Position numbers and translations under genes: made by a program. This document shows, piece by piece, positions 30,011 to 30,986 of a DNA stretch of 30,986 bases. Numbering within the stretch: position 1 is the stretch's first letter; the number at the start of each line of letters is the position of its first letter. The notes beneath the pieces are model-generated. The model was not told the DNA's origin and did no database searches. It worked only from the letters and a program-made list of their open reading frames with translations. Origin of the DNA: a virus; the IMG/VR virus record IMGVR_UViG_3300010388_000223, positions 1-30,986 of that record. One strand, 5' to 3'.

Positions 30011-30986
30011 ATGGGAACTTTAACAACAGTAGAAATCGGCGTATACCTTAACACTGCCAACGCGCCTTATTTTCGACTCAATGACCCTGTTAAAGGAAAA
30101 TTAAATAACACTAGCTATCGTCTTGCTGGGCCTATCTTTTATGACGTTACTGATCGTGTTACTGCTGTTTCTGTTAAGCGTGGTAAGAACCGTCAACTGG
30201 AACGCTACAATGCTGGGCAGGCTACTGTTGTTTTAAACAATGAAGATAGATTGTTTGACCCGTTGAATACGGCTTCTATTTTTTATGGCAACATTATTCC
30301 GCGCCGCCAAATTCGTATCAATTCTGGTGGGTATAACCAGTTTGTTGGTTTGATTGAGGACTGGAATTATGATTATGACGTTTCTGGTAAGTCTACTGCT
30401 CAAATAGTTTCGGCTGATGGTTTTACTTTGTTGGCTCAACAGTCTTTGACTGCTGGCACTGCGACTGCTCAAACTACTGGTGCGCGTATTAATGCGGTGT
30501 TGTCTATGCCTTCTGTGGCGTGGCCTCTTGAGGATAGAAATGTTGATACTGGGCTTGCGGCGTTGGGTGCTGATGTTTGGTCTGCCACAGATAATGCTTT
30601 AACGTATTTGCAGGAAGTTGAGGCTTCTGAGCAGGGTCAGTTCTTTATTGACCGTGATGGATATGCTAGGTTTGTGAATGGTGGCGTTACTCCTACTAGT
30701 GGTTTGTCTGCTGTGTTGTTTAGTGATGCTGGTGATGGTGTGCCTTATACGGGTGCTCAGGTTTCTTATGGTACTGAACTTTTGTTTAATACTGTTTCTG
30801 TAACTTATCCGGCTGGTACTGCTACTGCCGCTAATGTGGCTTCTCGTAATCTTTACGGTATTACTACTACGAGTGTTGATACTTTGTTGCAGACTTCTAC
30901 TGCTGCTGAGAATCTGGCTTTGTTTTGGGTGAATAAGTATGGTGATCCTGAGTATCGTTTTGATGCGGTGACTGTTGCTCTTGAGG
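30011..30986 (+). CDS. Distal tail (Dit-like) minor tail protein, N-terminal part; continues at 1..300
   Basis: ATG 30011 right after the tape measure gene. Open to the window end. MGTLTTVEIGVYLNT...VSVKRGKNRQLERYNAGQATVVLNNEDRLFDP is typical of actinophage Dit-type proteins. Confidence 0.8.
   Translation, partial: MGTLTTVEIGVYLNTANAPYFRLNDPVKGKLNNTSYRLAGPIFYDVTDRVTAVSVKRGKNRQLERYNAGQATVVLNNEDRLFDPLNTASIFYGNIIPRRQIRINSGGYNQFVGLIEDWNYDYDVSGKSTAQIVSADGFTLLAQQSLTAGTATAQTTGARINAVLSMPSVAWPLEDRNVDTGLAALGADVWSATDNALTYLQEVEASEQGQFFIDRDGYARFVNGGVTPTSGLSAVLFSDAGDGVPYTGAQVSYGTELLFNTVSVTYPAGTATAANVASRNLYGITTTSVDTLLQTSTAAENLALFWVNKYGDPEYRFDAVTVALE
30932..30986. repeat. Second copy of the 55-bp terminal overlap
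   Basis: Exact identity with nt 1-55. Confidence 0.95.

Noticed and set aside
1-30986. tRNA, rRNA, CRISPR arrays, transposase/IS elements, reverse transcriptase (DGR)
   Set aside because: I saw no cloverleaf-like conserved tRNA segments, no regularly spaced repeats with unique spacers, no transposase-like ORFs or terminal inverted repeats, and no YxDD-type RT ORF while reading the window.

Overview
This window is a complete, circularly closed phage genome. The first 55 nt equal the last 55 nt, so the unique length is 30,931 bp. It is a small tailed dsDNA phage with an HK97-type head module and a siphovirus-like tail. About 60 tightly packed genes, many translationally coupled, lie on the + strand; the only exception is a leftward operon of three tiny proteins (3609-4060).

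Gene order:
- Tail tip and fibres, wrapping across the window ends.
- Lysis: CHAP endolysin, r1t-like holin, and a second membrane protein.
- Leftward small-protein operon, then divergent early promoters.
- Recombination module: PD-(D/E)xK resolvase-like protein, YqaJ exonuclease, annealing protein.
- HNH, WhiB, a Mom-like GNAT-fold protein, small proteins, an RHH+GNAT pair, and a second HNH.
- Replication: initiator-like protein, DnaB, SSB, metallophosphoesterase.
- Four tandem FDRWLAE paralogs, FmdB zinc ribbon, glycosyltransferase, third HNH.
- cos-like region, TerS (P27 type) and TerL, portal, two Ig/fibre-like genes, prohead protease, major capsid.
- Two glycosyltransferases, connector, neck, major tail, G/G-T chaperone with a CCCAAAA -1 frameshift, gp10-like protein, tape measure.

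WhiB, FmdB, TAGAAT-type -10 boxes and intermediate GC (judged by eye, not computed) point to an actinobacterial host, possibly a low-GC freshwater lineage; this is inference. I found no integrase, repressor, tRNA, rRNA or CRISPR array.

Most notable observations:
1. Glycosyltransferases embedded in the virion operon, plus a third elsewhere.
2. A sharp mosaic of opposite strand-composition regimes that switches inside genes at domain boundaries.
3. A tandem paralog array with nucleotide-identical cores.
4. A repeated late-gene expression cassette (GCGGTAGAAT...TAGGAGTTT) without -35 boxes, in a phage that encodes WhiB.
5. An inverted duplication of an early promoter/5'UTR cassette.
6. A Mom-like gene plus an RHH-GNAT modification cluster.

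All functional calls rest on motifs I recognised by eye. No database search was run.
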